A stretch of 64,000 nt of DNA from Octopus sinensis. Its lineage: Eukaryota. Within the stretch, counting starts at the first letter, position 1; each line of letters opens with the position of its first letter. The notes beneath the pieces are model-generated. The model did not search any database. It saw nothing but the letters and a program-made list of their open reading frames with translations, and was not told the origin of the DNA. The position numbers were made by a program, and so were the translations under genes. Positions 16,731-32,301 of this stretch are shown piece by piece. Where the stretch lies: NCBI RefSeq assembly GCF_006345805.1, contig NC_043005.1:57102001-57166000 (forward strand), written 5' to 3'.

Positions 16731-18027
16731 ATTCCAGTAAATAGTTTTGATAATTTTTTAATCGCAGAAGAAAGCTAATTTGCTGTGTTCGCGGTAAATG
16801 TAATTTTTTTTTCTGTGACGACTCTAACAAAAAAAAAACACACTCTAAATAATACCTGACGCCCTTGTGACAAATAAAAACTTTTGTTATTCTTGTTTCC
16901 CCTATCTTGTTTTTGTAATATAACATAATTTCTCACTTAAAATGTTATAACAATTGTTTATTACCGAAGTAGCTAGGGTATTAATAATTCTTACTTCATT
17001 GTTAGCTATTATGCCACTGTTAAGTATTAATCTAATGCGTCTATAATCTTTTCTTTCGCTTGTGTGTATTGTGCATTGTCTAGATCGTTAATCCGTAAGT
17101 ATTTGTAAGTTTTTTCTTAGTATAATTCTCTTTTGTCTCTTTATCTTACGTGATATTATTTATATTTATTACTTTTTGCCTTAAGATTTTTCTTTCTAAA
17201 ATGAATATATGCTTGTTTTCTTATTAAGTCTGTGTTCCATGTAAAATAGAATTTCCTCCAGTGTTTTTTCTTTTTTCTTTTTCACCTTTTAAAAATTTAT
17301 TCGAGGTATATAGCTTGTGGTTTTCCATATACAGGGGAAGACTTACTATCACTCATATCACTTACACCGGTTGGTTTAGCATGTTGCTTAGATGTGTTAA
17401 TGATAGACAGAAGAGGAATGGAGAGAGAGAAAATTCCCCGAATAATGATTGGATTCCTGTGTTTACGTCTCTTCTTTTTCCTTCTATTTATCCGTGTACT
17501 CTTCTGTGTATCTACTTCAGTTATTGAATTATTCATAAGTACGGTTTCCTGAATTCACGAAGTTAAGTATATTTAAAAAGCCTTGAGAGAATCTTCCAAT
17601 GTCCAGCTCAAACAATTCTTTTTCTTCTCCTACAATCTTCAGTTACAGTTTTGAGGATCAGTAATATTTACATCCATAAAGGTAGAGACAGCCATGTGGC
17701 TAAGAAGAAGCACGCCTGTCAACCACAAATTTTCGGGATCGATCTCAACGTGCGGCACTCTAGACAAGTGTTCTCTTCTGCACCCTCTGGTTGGCCCGTG
17801 CCTTCTAATTATCTGCAGCGCTCTTTCAATATTTCTTCTACGTCTGTCTGTTTCTTGGTTTTGTGATCTCCGATAAAGAGAGGAAATTTAAAAGCAACTT
17901 AAGGCTTCGTCTCAGGAAAGTAATGATATTGTGTATTGTAGGCTATTAGATAGTGAACTGAAACCGAAAGTTGATACAAGTTAATGAAACACACACACAA
18001 GCACGTAAACACATACATACACAAATA

Positions 18028-18249
18028 CAGCAATCCCTCGCCACATCGCGGTTCACCTATCGCTGTTTATTATCTAAGCTTACGTCGATTCCTCTGTGGT
18101 GTTGTTTTGCATTTATAATAAAATAAATATATAAAAATTGTAAAAATAATTTTAAAAATATACAGTACAATACTGTTTCTGTTTCACGGATGTTCACCTA
18201 TTGCGTTAGGGTTTAGAATATAACTCCCACTTTAGTCGAAGTATTACTG
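18028..18249. mobile_element. Tigger/pogo-like MITE
   Basis: TA|CAGCAATCCCTCG ... CGAAGTATTACTG|TA. Confidence 0.7.
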
Positions 18250-18715
18250 TACACATAAATTTTTCAAACTGATACGCTCAAAACGTACTCTTAGCGACAT
18301 CAGTTCTGTTGTCATGGGGATACTATTTTCAAGACATAAATTATGATAGTACCCTTTCGTTATCTAGCGTAAAACAAAGACTAGGCGAAACTGAAGTTTT
18401 TATTGATGAAAGTGCTAAGAATGTTCTAGTTACTGGTAATCACCTGAAACGTACGTATTAAATGCATTTAAAGTATCATTTTGGCTTCATTATTATTATA
18501 CATTATACGACTCTATGCATGTACAAGCTACTCACTCCTAACTCCACTCACACGGATAATTTAAGAAGGATTTAGAGAGGTTTCTGTTTGACTCGAGTCG
18601 GAACTTCTGTAAATGTGCATCGCTTCTAAGCATAGGACGAATCATATATACATATATATATATAGTTGTGGAAGGATTCCGGTATATATATATATATATA
18701 TATATATAAATTATA

Positions 18716-19093
18716 TCTTTATATATAAAAGTGAGGTTGTGTGCTGTTTATCTCCTACGATTTAGATTCCTAGCTACTCCCACATTTTGCGGTGCAGTTT
18801 AACCAAAACTGGGTATCTTATAGTCGTGATTCATATAGAGCCCTTCTGGGTATTAGCGCGCGTCTACGATGAGTCTACGATTTAAAAAAAAAATTACCAT
18901 CAATTTTTCACATTTTTAATGCATTTTTGGCATATATAAGGGAAGTAAGTCTCTAAAAACGTAAAAAGCTACAGTAATACAACCCCCCTTTGTGGTTAGC
19001 CATATTGAGATGGCTATTATACTTTACATCTCTAAAAATGCTTATATAGTTATTTCCCTTACAAACCCGAGCAACGCCGGGCGATACTGTTAG
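18716..19093 (+). mobile_element. Non-autonomous Helitron
   Basis: 5' TCTTTATATATAAAA; 3' hairpin CCCGAGCAACGCCGGG then TTAG (decayed CTAG); inserted between A and T. Confidence 0.75.
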
Positions 19094-19369
19094 TTAGAGA
19101 TAAAACCACTATTAGGCAAATCAAACAGTGAAAAACATAAACCAATACATAAAAATAAATATAATTGATATAATATACAAAATATATAAAATATAAAATT
19201 TAAAATTTAAATTATTTAAATTTAAAATTTAAAATTTATATTTATAATTTTTTTTTTAAATATATATAACTATCAAAAAGTATTAAAAAGTTTAATATAA
19301 GATAAAAAGTAATATATATAAAGTAATAAGTATATAAGATAATAAGTAATATATATATAAAGTAAAAAG

Positions 19370-19625
19370 TAAAAAGTAAAAGAGTCAAAAGGAAGAGTAA
19401 GTAGCGTTAGGCAGCTTTTTAATTGCTACGGATGTTTTGATACATACACATCCTCGTATATACAGGATTTAAAGTTAAGTTTAAATTAAATTATGTAGCG
19501 ATTTACTTGTATAACTTTAAATCCTGTATATACGAAGATCTGTATGTATCGAAACATTTGTAGCGATTAAAAAGCTGCCTAACCGTACTTACTCGTCCTT
19601 TTGACTCTTTTACTTTTCTTTTACT
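19370..19625. repeat. Long imperfect inverted repeat (~110-bp arms)
   Basis: AAAAGAGTCAAAAGG...GGATTTAAAGTTA versus TAACTTTAAATCC...CCTTTTGACTCTTTT. Confidence 0.85.
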
Positions 19626-19764
19626 TTGTATTTTCACACGCGAGGAATACCTAAGACTAGAATTGGCTGCATACCATAAGAATACTACCGGCTATTTGGG
19701 AATTCTAAGGGTGAACGAGATCTATTTGTACTCATATACGTTCTTAACAGAACACACTTCAACT

Positions 19765-19854
<90 letters not shown>

Positions 19855-19855
19855 G

Positions 19856-19929
<74 letters not shown>

Positions 19930-20018
19930 GTTAATCCAAACAAGAAAGCACAAAAAAACACAATAACGCGAGGACGTGGAACAATATAGTATTATTGGAC
20001 GCTCAGGAAAGAAGGAGG

Positions 20019-20053
20019 GTTTAACGCTTCGAGCGGATCTCTTCGTCGGAAAC
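20019..20053 (-). ncRNA. Decayed hammerhead motif in module 19926-20093
   Basis: Same family as 3484 and 56686; minus strand gttt CCGACGA AGAGATCCGCTC GAAGCGTT aaac. Confidence 0.5.
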
Positions 20054-20091
20054 ATAGGAGAAGGAAAGATCCAGAGAAGGGAAGACAGAGG

Positions 20092-20958
<867 letters not shown>

Positions 20959-21136
20959 TTTGTTCTAGATGATAGTGAATTTACATTCTGAGTTCAAATC
21001 CTACGGAAATCAACTTTACAATTCATCCTTTCGTGGATCGATAAAATAAAATACCAATCAAGTTCTGGGGTGCATATAATCAACTAACCTCCTTCATCTA
21101 AAAACAAATACTGGACTTGTGCTAAAATTTGTAGCA

Positions 21137-21204
<68 letters not shown>

Positions 21205-21247
21205 TATTATTATCATTATTATCATTATCGTTATTATTATTATTATC

Positions 21248-21303
<56 letters not shown>

Positions 21304-21309
21304 CATTAT

Positions 21310-22750
21310 TTATTGCTTTTGCACAGCTTCTAACGCTGGAGATGTACTACAGTGTCAGCTGTTCACTACCAGTGAACTAAGGTAACACCTTTTATTTTTC
21401 GAGTACCTTGCGGAGTATTCAAGTGGTTCCAAGCAGTGCTGTTTTCTGCAAGTGCTCCACCCTTATTGCAACCCCTATTTGTTCCACGTACTTCTCGAGA
21501 TTTTTGCTCACTGTTCTCAGGGCTCTGACATGTAGTGGTACCTTTTTCATCGACCACAACTGCTTAACTCCCCAAGTTAACCTGTCATATCTCTCGACTT
21601 TTCTTTCTTCTTTATCGCATACCTTGTTGTCAACTGGGCATGATATGTCTATGATCCAGCATAGTTTGTTTTCTTTCTCAATTAAGACTATGTCCGGCTT
21701 ACTATTCTCATTCTCATGGTTGCACTGAATCATAAAATCTGATAGGATCTTTGCATTTCTATTTTCGACAATGCTTTCAGGTTTGTGGTCATACCAATTT
21801 TTTGCTCTGTCAAGTCCATACTTGTTGCAAAGTGTCCAATGGACAAGCCTGGCTATACTGTCGTGGGGTCTCTTATATTTCTTCTGGGCTAGTAGCGTAC
21901 ATTGGCTGGTAATATGCCATACGGTTTCGCCATTTTGTCCATAGAGTCTGCACTTGTCACTTTCTGATGTGCTGTCTATTCTGCATTTTACGTAGTTTGT
22001 TTTTAGTACTTGCACTTGGCCAGTACAGATTAGAGCCCCCGTTTCCGGTTTTAAATCCCTTTTAGTCATCCACAGCCATCTTTTTTCTCTGTCTGTCTTA
22101 TCTTCAGCATCCCTATGAAATTGACCATGCATTCTTTTCTTTATACACCTATTTTCAGTTTCATTCGTTTTCAATTGCTTGTATAGTGCTTTATTTTTGC
22201 AATCTTTCATCCTACACAAGCGTGACCTTCTTACTTCTAGCAATAGCGGTTCTGTGGAATTTTTTTTTATTTACAATGCTATGTTGTTTTCTTCTGCTCT
22301 AATGCTGTGTTTGCATTCAATAAGGAGGCAAACCTCTTGTAACAGTTCTGCTGAGCACTCTATTCTAATTTCTTTTATATTCCTCTTGATGCCTTCTGAT
22401 ACTGTTCCCCAAAACCCAACAATAACTGGCGCTATCTTCCCCTTATTCATTTTCCATAGCCGGGCTATTTTGTGCTTAAGAGGGTTGTATTTATCTAGCT
22501 TTTCTCCATCCTACTTGACTATTCGTATACATCAGTTATATAGCATATGTGGTACACCATGTCCACCACTAGCACAGGTCTGTTATGCTCTAGCACCTGA
22601 TCTGTTTGGATTGGGAAATTCCAGAGGATTTTGCTAGTCTCCGACTCCACCACTCTCTGCGGTTTGTGCTCATACCACGTCTTGCCTCTCTCTAGCCCCC
22701 ACTTTTCACACCGGCCAAAGCACCTGACATTAGTTTCCACAGTAGTGTAT
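21310..22750 (-). mobile_element. R4/Dong-like RLE LINE 3' fragments (two copies) in (TAA)n
   Basis: HGQF, LKPETGALI..Q, CR......ETVWHI...C zinc knuckle, RHD-like PHDSIA, KPDIVL..IIDISCP (restriction-like endonuclease), LQKTALLGT; second copy 22330-22750 has KILWNFPIQTD..HNRP. Confidence 0.88.
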
Positions 22751-22756
22751 AGTAAC

Positions 22757-23520
<764 letters not shown>

Positions 23521-23542
23521 AATGATAATGATAATGATAATA

Positions 23543-23598
<56 letters not shown>

Positions 23599-23619
23599 TA
23601 TTATTATTATTATATGATG

Positions 23620-24310
23620 AAATCTCACAATTTATTTTGTTGGGTATGATGGAAAGTGTCAGCTATCCACAGCCAGCAGACTGGGGACATTGTTTACTGG
23701 TCATGCTTAAAGAACCCTGCGAAGAATTCTTGCAGTTCCAAGCAACGCTGATTTTTGTAGGTGTTCTACATTCACACTTGCACCGATCTTTTTCAACCTT
23801 GTTAGTAGTTGAGTGCCGATACTTCCAAGTGCACCAATTACCATTGGTACCACGTCTTACTCTCTTCATTGACCTCAACCTTCGTATTTCCCAACTTCAA
23901 ATCGTCATTGTTGTTTATTTTTTCTTCTTCTTTCTCACTGATCCTGCTGTCACCGGGGCATGCTATGTCGATTATTATACATGTTCATTCTTTTTTATTA
24001 ACTGCAACAACGTCTGGTTTCCGATGTCTGGTTGTGGATCGTTGCATCCCACAGAATTTTGTAATTCTCATTTTCGGCAACTCCTTCTGGAGTTTGATCA
24101 TACTACGTCTTTGCTTTTTGTAGGCCGTGATTCCATAAGAATAATTCTTGCCACATTGTCATATATTCACGTTGTACCAATTTCGGGCATTCGCTAACGA
24201 AGTGCCATACCGTTTCACCCCATCCAGTCAATGTTGAGTGCAGTACCAACTTCCGTCTTCGAAAATACTCCATCCTCAGTTGTTCTTTCATTTCCTTTTC
24301 CATTATCTCG
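23620..24310 (-). mobile_element. R4/Dong-like LINE 3' fragment
   Basis: ETVWHFVSECPKLVQREY; minus-strand KPDVV..IDIACPGD motif; (TAA)n flanks. Confidence 0.75.
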
Positions 24311-24315
24311 TTGAA

Positions 24316-24380
<65 letters not shown>

Positions 24381-24639
24381 TAATAATAATTGAACCAGTT
24401 GAAGACACACGAGATATCGAAATATCGTTCACTAGATAACAATGGCACTCTTCTTTTAATTTTGACTCTATATCTTCAGGAGGAGTTACCTCAATCCTTT
24501 ATATATTAACCAAAATGAAGTAGATTGACAAAATTATTTTTTGAACCAGTTGAAGACACACGAGATGTCGAAATATTGTTCACTAGATAACAATGGCACT
24601 CTTCTTTTAATAATAATAATGATGATAATAATAATAATA

Positions 24640-24691
<52 letters not shown>

Positions 24692-24749
24692 TAGAAGTAA
24701 CTAGAATGTGGAATCTGAAAACTAGAGTAACTAGAAAACTAGAGTAACT

Positions 24750-25035
24750 AGAATAACTAGAATGTGGAATCTGAAAACAGAAACAATTCCTATCATAGTA
24801 GGTGCATTAGGCATGATAAAAAATATTCAGACAAATACATAACAAAAACACCAGGACTTACAAACACATATGACATACAGAAAATTGCACTACTAGGCAC
24901 TGCACACATCCTACACAGAACACTTTCCATACAATAACCATCAGAGCATCACAACAAATCACAGCACATACCCAAGGCACACAGAGCTGCGCTCGGTAGT
25001 GAAGTGAAAGCACGCTATAAAAATAAAACTACTGA
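24750..25035 (+). mobile_element. R4/Dong-like LINE 3' end
   Basis: RMWNLKTETIPIIVGALG...IQKIALLGTAHIL then 3'UTR and (TAA)n; same UTR at 50222-50303. Confidence 0.8.
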
Positions 25036-26509
25036 ATAATAATAATAATAATATACACACAACAGATTAGGCTGTTGGAAAAGAAAAAAACAATCCTAAC
25101 ATTGATCTACAACAAGTAATCTTAGATGCCAACAACCCTCCTAAGTATCCTTGCTGTCCCTAATAACACTGTTTTCTGCAGCTGTACTAAGCTGGGTTAT
25201 ACCTATTTCGTCTATCCATCTGTTCAGATCTTTAGGGATAGTTCCCAATGCTATGCAACAATTTTATAATTTTCGACTGGTAGTTAGGTGAAAATGCAAT
25301 ATTATCTAGAGAACAGGTAAACTTTTTCAGTGGTATTTATAAATGCCTTACACAAGTAATCTGAAAGACTAGAAATCACAAATAACCTGTAGCAAGATGA
25401 TACTGCAAATCCATCCAGGGCTTTTCAATGGACGTAGTCTAGAGTTTGTTAATTTACATCATAAGTGTATTGAAGGTTTGTTAATAAGTGAAGCTTTGCC
25501 ATGTCGGTGAGTATTGATACCGAGATTTAATCAGACACCTCGTGAATCAAATCTACCTTTTATTTTACAAAGAACTGTTTCCTATTTGATTAGCTTATTC
25601 AGCGACAATTAATTAGCGCGAAGCTAAAGATTTAATAAGAGGGATTCTCTTACCTCAAACAGCATGGACAGCTGAATTCTCTATAGTTAGGAAACTAACT
25701 CACGTTATTTATGGCGTAGCTAATACCAATAGGCTAGGAAAACAAATAGGAAGTACTATCATTAAAAACATTGTGTGTACGAAAGTCTTAAAATGATGGT
25801 ATAAATCTATGATAATGGCAATTGATGGTATTATGTTTCAAACTTTGTCGAAATTGATTTGTTTCTTTTGAAAATAGTATTCCTTGTCTAAATTGCAAAC
25901 CAATGCAAGTAATGTAATATATATTTTGAAAAAAATAATTCTCTTTAAAAAAAAAAATTATTATTTCTAAAGAAACACAATGTAGCAGTCCTGATTAGGA
26001 TGAATGTTACTGCTATTTAGCCTCGGAAGACATCATCCCCAGCTGGCTATCAATGCGTCCTTATATTTTCGAACAAGGAAGCTTAGTGTCCCCACTCTTC
26101 TCACAGCAATATTTGTGTACCAGTGGGTCCTGGGTTATTTCCCTTCATCAGCACAGAATAACTGTTTGACTAGAGATGGCGACACTAAATTCTTGTTCGA
26201 AATATATACTTTCCAAAGTGACACACAGTCACTGATCTCATAAATAGAAAAATTATTATTTCTAAATCTCTGAATGAAAAACATTCAGTAACAGTACTCT
26301 AGAGTAAAGATTATTTGCCAACATAATGTGGCAGTCCTGATTAGGACGAATGCTACTGTTATTTCCTACTCAATTATTTACCCACAAGTGATAAATTACT
26401 TCAACGAAATTATGTGTCAGTGTATAAATATATGCAAGAATAATTACTGTCTAATGAAGGGGTTTTAACAGGTCCAGTTACAACATATCCTTTTCTTCCC
26501 TCATCTTTT

Positions 26510-26691
26510 ATTTGTTTCAATCATTGGACTGCAGCCATGCTGGGGCAACACTTTGAAAGGTTTTAGCCGAACGAATTGATTCAGTGCTTATTAAAAAAAT
26601 CTTGCTGCTCTTTCGCCAGACCACGAAGTTTCGGGAACATAAACACGCCAACACGGTTGAAAAGTGGTAATGGAGGCACAAATACAAAGAC

Positions 26692-26723
<32 letters not shown>

Positions 26724-26880
26724 GGCGGGCTTCTTTCAGTTTCTGACTGCCAAATCCACTCACAAAACTTTCGTCGATATGGAGTTATAGTAGAAGACAC
26801 TTGCCCAAGGTGCTACGCAGTAGGACAGAAACCACGTGGTTGGAAAGCAAACTTCTTATCACACAGCCACGCTTGCATAG
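26510..26880 (-). mobile_element. Microsatellite-containing SINE (diverged)
   Basis: Family match. Confidence 0.75.
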
Positions 26881-27235
26881 TTGCTCCACAGCAGAGTAAT
26901 ATCATAATGTGTTCGATTCCGTTCCGTAGTTAAGATTGCCAAAAGCGTTTCCTACACACATAATTCTTTTAACATATTTTTAATTATCTTAACATTATCA
27001 CAATGGAAAGGCAAAGAGAAGTGAACCAGTATGTTCACATAGTCAACAAGATCGAATTGACTTCTTAACGTAAACATAAAATTAAAAGATAAAAATGGTA
27101 ACTCTCAACACCGAAGAGAATTAATATAGTTTCCCACCCTGCAACTGAGCCAACAATACTACCTAAGGGGACTTCACAACATCTCAAGAGTTAAACACTG
27201 GAAAAATTTCTACGGATGCTGCTGACCCTCCTCCC

Positions 27236-27432
27236 CTTCTTCTTCTTCTTCTTCTTCTTCTTCTTCTTCTTCTTCTTCTTCTTCTTCTCTTTCTTCTTCT
27301 TCTTCTTCTTCTTCTCTTCTTCTTCTTCTTCTTCTTCTTCTTCTTCTTCTTCTTCTTCTTCTTCTTCTTCTTCGTCTTCTTCTTCTTCTTCTTCTTCTTC
27401 TTCTTCTTCTTCTTCTTCTTCTTCTTCTTCTT
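27236..27432. repeat. (TTC)n microsatellite
   Basis: Direct reading. Confidence 0.95.
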
Positions 27433-27788
27433 CGTCAAACTAAGAACTTCCCCAACCTACTGAATCCTAGATTTTCATTAAATACTAGCATATCAATAAG
27501 TTTCTATTACCGAACTGGAGAAGACCACCCTCTTCAGTTTAGGAATTCAGTCTCACAAACCTTAAACTTTCTCATCGAATTAACTACACCAACCATTGTT
27601 AATTCCTATTCTAACAGACCAAACGGATACAAATCTCACCTCCTTTCCCTCAATACTTTTTTCTCGTTTTACTTTTTTCGCTAACTTTTTTCTCTCGCTC
27701 TTTCTCGTTCTTTTTCACTTTTCTTTGAAAGCATCCATGTTGTATTTTGAACCTGAAAGATTGCACGCTATACTAGCTTGTGTGATTG

Positions 27789-29044
27789 TTAGGTTGGAAA
27801 GAAAGTCCTATCACATTTTTGACATAATTACGAAGAGGGTACTTTTTCAATACTTACGGTAAAATAAACCTTAATTTTTGTATTCTAATGCTTTTTATCA
27901 TTGCGTGCAGAAACCTTTATAACCATAGTAGTTAAATTCGAATCGATTTTATCCTTTTAGAATGAGTTCAGATCAGATTCATATCGGACACTGCATGATG
28001 CATGAATTCAAAGCAAGACTATTCTGTAATGAAAGCGGCAAGAAATATTCGTTCTGTTTGTAGAAATGAAGCTTTAAATGTCAATATGACATTTAACGAT
28101 GGCTTGACCAGTTTCACTCGGGAAATTTTACTGTCCGTAGATTCCCCTCGATCTTAAAGACTAAGTTCCGTTTATTCTTATAAAATTTGTAGTTGAGGAA
28201 AATTCAAAGCAAACTACATGAAAGTTTGCAAAACAGCTCAATTGAAGTCACATTTTGATTGTAAACCACCTTCACGAACTAGGAAAAATGTCTAAATTCA
28301 GTCAGTGTGTCCCTCATCAACCGTCTGCTTCTCAGTCTAATGAAAGAGTTGTCTTCTGCTTGTTATTAAGGAGAAGGCTTGCTACTTAACCTTTTCTTGG
28401 TAGATTCCTCAAAATGAGAAAAAGTGGCTTCTCGATAACCATACCCAATGAAATCAACAATGGTTTGCACCAAGGAGAATTCCTCCCAAAACTACAGTTA
28501 TAGTCGAAAAAAGTTATGCCCTATGTTTGGCGGGATTTGAAGGATGTCATCTATTATGAAGTATTAAACTATAACGGACCAGTTAGTAGGGAGAAGTACT
28601 ATCGTCAAAAGGAAGCATTGCACAAAAAGTGCAGAAAAATCGCTCATCGTTGGTCACTTATAAATGAACGTTACTCTTACGCGATAATACAAGACGACAC
28701 ATTTCCATAGACACTCTGGAAAAGATCATGGCCCTAAATATGGAGGCATTGCCTCACCTTCTTTACTTTCCTAACCTTGCTCCATCATATTTACCATGTT
28801 TTCAGATCATTGAAATATTATTTAGAGGGATAACAATTGTGAAGAAGTTAAAAATGATATTGGTTGTTTCTTTGCTTCGAAACCCGAAGAATCTTTTCGC
28901 CCAAGGATCAAGAATTTAGAAAATAGCACAGACTATGTTATCAATAATGAAAGGAGATACTTTGATGAAATGTATGAAGTTCAAAAAAGGCTTTGTTTCT
29001 TCACCATTTTGTTTTGAAAGAACATAACTTTCTTTTCAACATAA
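27789..29044 (+). mobile_element. mariner element, decayed (~1.26 kb)
   Basis: MSSDQIHIGHCMMHEFK start, CVPH (WVPH-like), YFPNLAPSY (YSPDLAPSD-like); TIRs TTAGGTTGGAAAGAAAG / CTTTCTTTTCAACATAA. Confidence 0.82.
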
Positions 29045-29329
29045 TGTACATGCATACAGCAATATATCATCTGTGTATATGTGTATGTGTGTGTGTATGT
29101 ACATGCGCCTGTGTGTACGTGTGTGTGTGTGTGTGGTTCTCTAGAGAGTAGAAATCAAAGATATATCAGCCCTTACACTAGAAGAATAATATCAAACACA
29201 CAAACGCACATTCGTATAGCTGTATCAAAATAAAATGATGGTGTAATCGATGAACATCTGTTGTAAAAAAAAAATGACAAACAAATGTATTGCAGAGAAA
29301 GCTAACATAGAGACCAACTGTTCAGAAAA

Positions 29330-31092
29330 AGAAAGATTGACTGATGTATTTTGTTGCGAGTTTGCAGTGGAAGGTTAGAGGTGGTATCCCGGGATGGAAG
29401 GTGCGTGCAACAAGATGGCTCAGAAGACGAGAAAACGTTGTAGCATAAAGAAGCAGTGAGAAGAAATAGTGCTGCAGTAGCTTGTTGTTGTTGTTAGTCT
29501 CAAGACCGACGGTGAATGGCGTTCTGACTGTAAATGCGTCAGTATGGACATGGAGCAACCACAATGGGTCATCCAGATCGTATCTAAATAGCGTATTTGT
29601 TAGGTCAGAGAATAGGGATATGAGTCAATTGCAAGGGGCTAAAATCAACGCCGACAAACCGGTTGGTTTGCAGTTGGACTCTTGGAGAGGCAGGACGATA
29701 CCATCGGACGGAATCGTCGGACGCTGGACCGACGGTCCAGTTAAAGTACTCGGAGTCTGGTTTGGTTCCAACCTCCATGTTGATAAGAACTGAGACGAGG
29801 TGGCGAACAGGGTAGCCAGTCTTACCCAGAGATGGTCTGAAAGAAAGCCGTCCCTGAAAGGTCGGGCAGATGTGGCGAAAGCTTACGTCGCCTCCGTTAT
29901 CATTTATTGCCTGACCGTCGTGTCTGGTCCCGGTTACTGCTTGAACAGGTTGGAGAGAATCTTATTTAAATTCTTGTGGAAGGGATGCGTTCCAATGGTC
30001 AGGCGATCAGTCTGTTGCCAGCACCCTTTGAGTGGCGGATTAGGTATGTCGTGGCTCCTAATGCGTAGACAGGCTCTTAGGTTACGCCACTTGCAGCGAT
30101 TTCTGGGCGGTGAGCGCATGTGGGCTCCGTTTGTGACGGAGCTGCAGTACTGGTCGAAGAAAAGACCGAGACTGGGTGCCTGGTACCTAGAATGTCGTCA
30201 GGCGCTCACAACCTTAGCGACGGGGAAGTGCGAGGACGTTCTCGAGGAGACTCTGGGCGCCGACGAGAAGGAACTGGCTAGTCCGTTCCGGAGGACTTTC
30301 CGGTCGGGAACTATCATGGATAATTTCCAGATGACCTTGGGTTGGCAGTGCTACCGAGGGGCGCTACTGGTTCGGGATAAACTCTACAGGCACAGAATGA
30401 CGAAACCGTTCTGCACGCATTCGTTTAATGTCCGGGCATTGCTGACTTGTGGGGTTATGTTGAACAGCTGCTGTAACCTGTGGGACGGACCTGTCTGTCG
30501 GCCGAGTCTGTAGCGATAATCGCACCGCCGCCCTCCTTCAATCGGGCAAGCAAGGCAGTTTTCCTTAGCCTGGTGGCTGTGGCGAAAGAGGCTATTTGGT
30601 GGACCAGGTTGAAATGCATGAGGACAGATACATTTCTCTTGGGCAGAGCTCTCATTAACTTTTTCAAGTTTCACTTGAAAAGGAAATGGAGACTGGAGAG
30701 GGAAGTGCTGTCCTCGAGTTAGCTTACTGAACGGTGGGTGAATGTTACGAAAATGGGAAGAGTAGATTGTACCTTTCTAAGCGTAGACCTGTGAGTTGGA
30801 GAAAAGGAATTGGAGCGGGCAGGTGCTCCTAGGATTTCAGGTAAATCTCGGACAGTGGGAGTTCCTCGATTATCTCAAGAGGCCTGCATGTATCAGGAGG
30901 GCCACATCGCCATCATCCTCCCCGGATATTTTTTATTTACCTTTGTATGCTATGCATATGCCCCTTCTTTTTCAGTGTATACCGAGTATATTCACTTTTT
31001 TAATCATTTCATTATTATATGTAAATCCCCACACTTTATGTCTGCTTCTGTTTAGTCCCACTCATCCTTCCCCCTAGTGGCAAATAAATGAA

Positions 31093-31095
<3 letters not shown>
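29330..31095 (+). mobile_element. Tx1/L1-clade LINE, internally deleted ORF2 + 3'UTR
   Basis: WTWSN...RSYLNSVFV (end of APE) joined directly to GAKINADK..VKVLGVWFG..SLKGRA..FKFLWKG..GGLGM (post-RT region); ends AATAAATGAA(ATT)n. Confidence 0.78.
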
Positions 31096-31143
<48 letters not shown>

Positions 31144-31144
31144 G

Positions 31145-31235
<91 letters not shown>

Positions 31236-31254
31236 GATTATTATTATTATTGAT

Positions 31255-31495
31255 TGTCCCGCTATTGGGGATTCCTTTTATTTGTTTATTATTTATTTCT
31301 CTATTTTCTATTATATATCCTCTGTTGTATCCTTTAACGTGGTAGTAGTTCCCCTTGATCGATGTTAACTCCACATTTTTTGTAATTTTTGTTTTGTGGT
31401 GTTTTTTTGTGTGTGTGTGTTGTAACTCGCCCTTCGCAATTGTCCTCCATGTCTTGGGCCTTTGTGGCCAATAAAGGAAATCATTATTATTATTG
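31255..31495 (+). mobile_element. Second Tx1/L1-like 3'UTR
   Basis: Ends GCCTTTGTGGCCAATAAAGGAAATC(ATT)n, like the 3' end at 31070-31095. Confidence 0.5.
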
Positions 31496-31704
31496 TTGTT
31501 GTCGGCGAGCTAAAAAACCTGTCTTGAGGACTCCGTTAGTTAAAATTTTTCTGGTGTGTTATTGAAGATTGTTGACTGTTACTTAACTGATTTTGTTTTC
31601 TGAACCCCTTTTGGTGTGCAGAAGGGGTTCTTGTTAAAGACTGGGGTTATTATAATCTTTCTCAAAAAAAATGTGTTTGCTTTTCGTGTTGACGATAAAA
31701 AAAT

Positions 31705-32082
31705 ATGGCGTCCGACGTGAAGTGGAGTGATTCTGTCTGTTATAACAACCAGCACACTGTTGATTTTCCCCCTCTTCATTGCACTAGCACACACAGCAAC
31801 ACCACCACCACCAACACTATCAACAACAACAAAGAAAACCAAGAAATCACCACTATTGTTCCTGAAAAAGAGGAGGAAGAGAGAAAGGAAAAAAAGAATG
31901 ACACCACAACCACGAACAGCAACACATTTAGCGGCAGCGGTTTCGCCTCGGCAGCAAGGGGGTTGTTTAGGAAGGAAGGAAACAATGTCTTCCTTAATAC
32001 CCCTCAGGAACCAATTAAGGAAACCAATAGAAAATCTGTGATATATAGAGTTTTAAACATCAAGAAGAAAAGAATAGAATGA
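31705..32082 (+). other. Low-complexity ORF, possible N-terminus of a LINE ORF1
   Basis: Good Kozak context (AATATGGCG); follows (ATT)n in a LINE cluster; no diagnostic motif. Confidence 0.3.
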
Positions 32083-32301
32083 GCCACCTAATAACAGTTG
32101 GAAATGGCACTTGAACCAATTTGGATTATTAAAACTTACGTGACAAGCGGAAAGAGCTTTGGCACGGTTAACGTCAAACAACTGACAAGCAAATCTGTGG
32201 TATTGAACAATATTTGCTGTAGCCCATCTTTTATGTCAAAACAAAACAATGTACGTAGTAGCACTTGCAATCAGCTAAGATCAAACGCCATGAGGGCAAG
32301 T

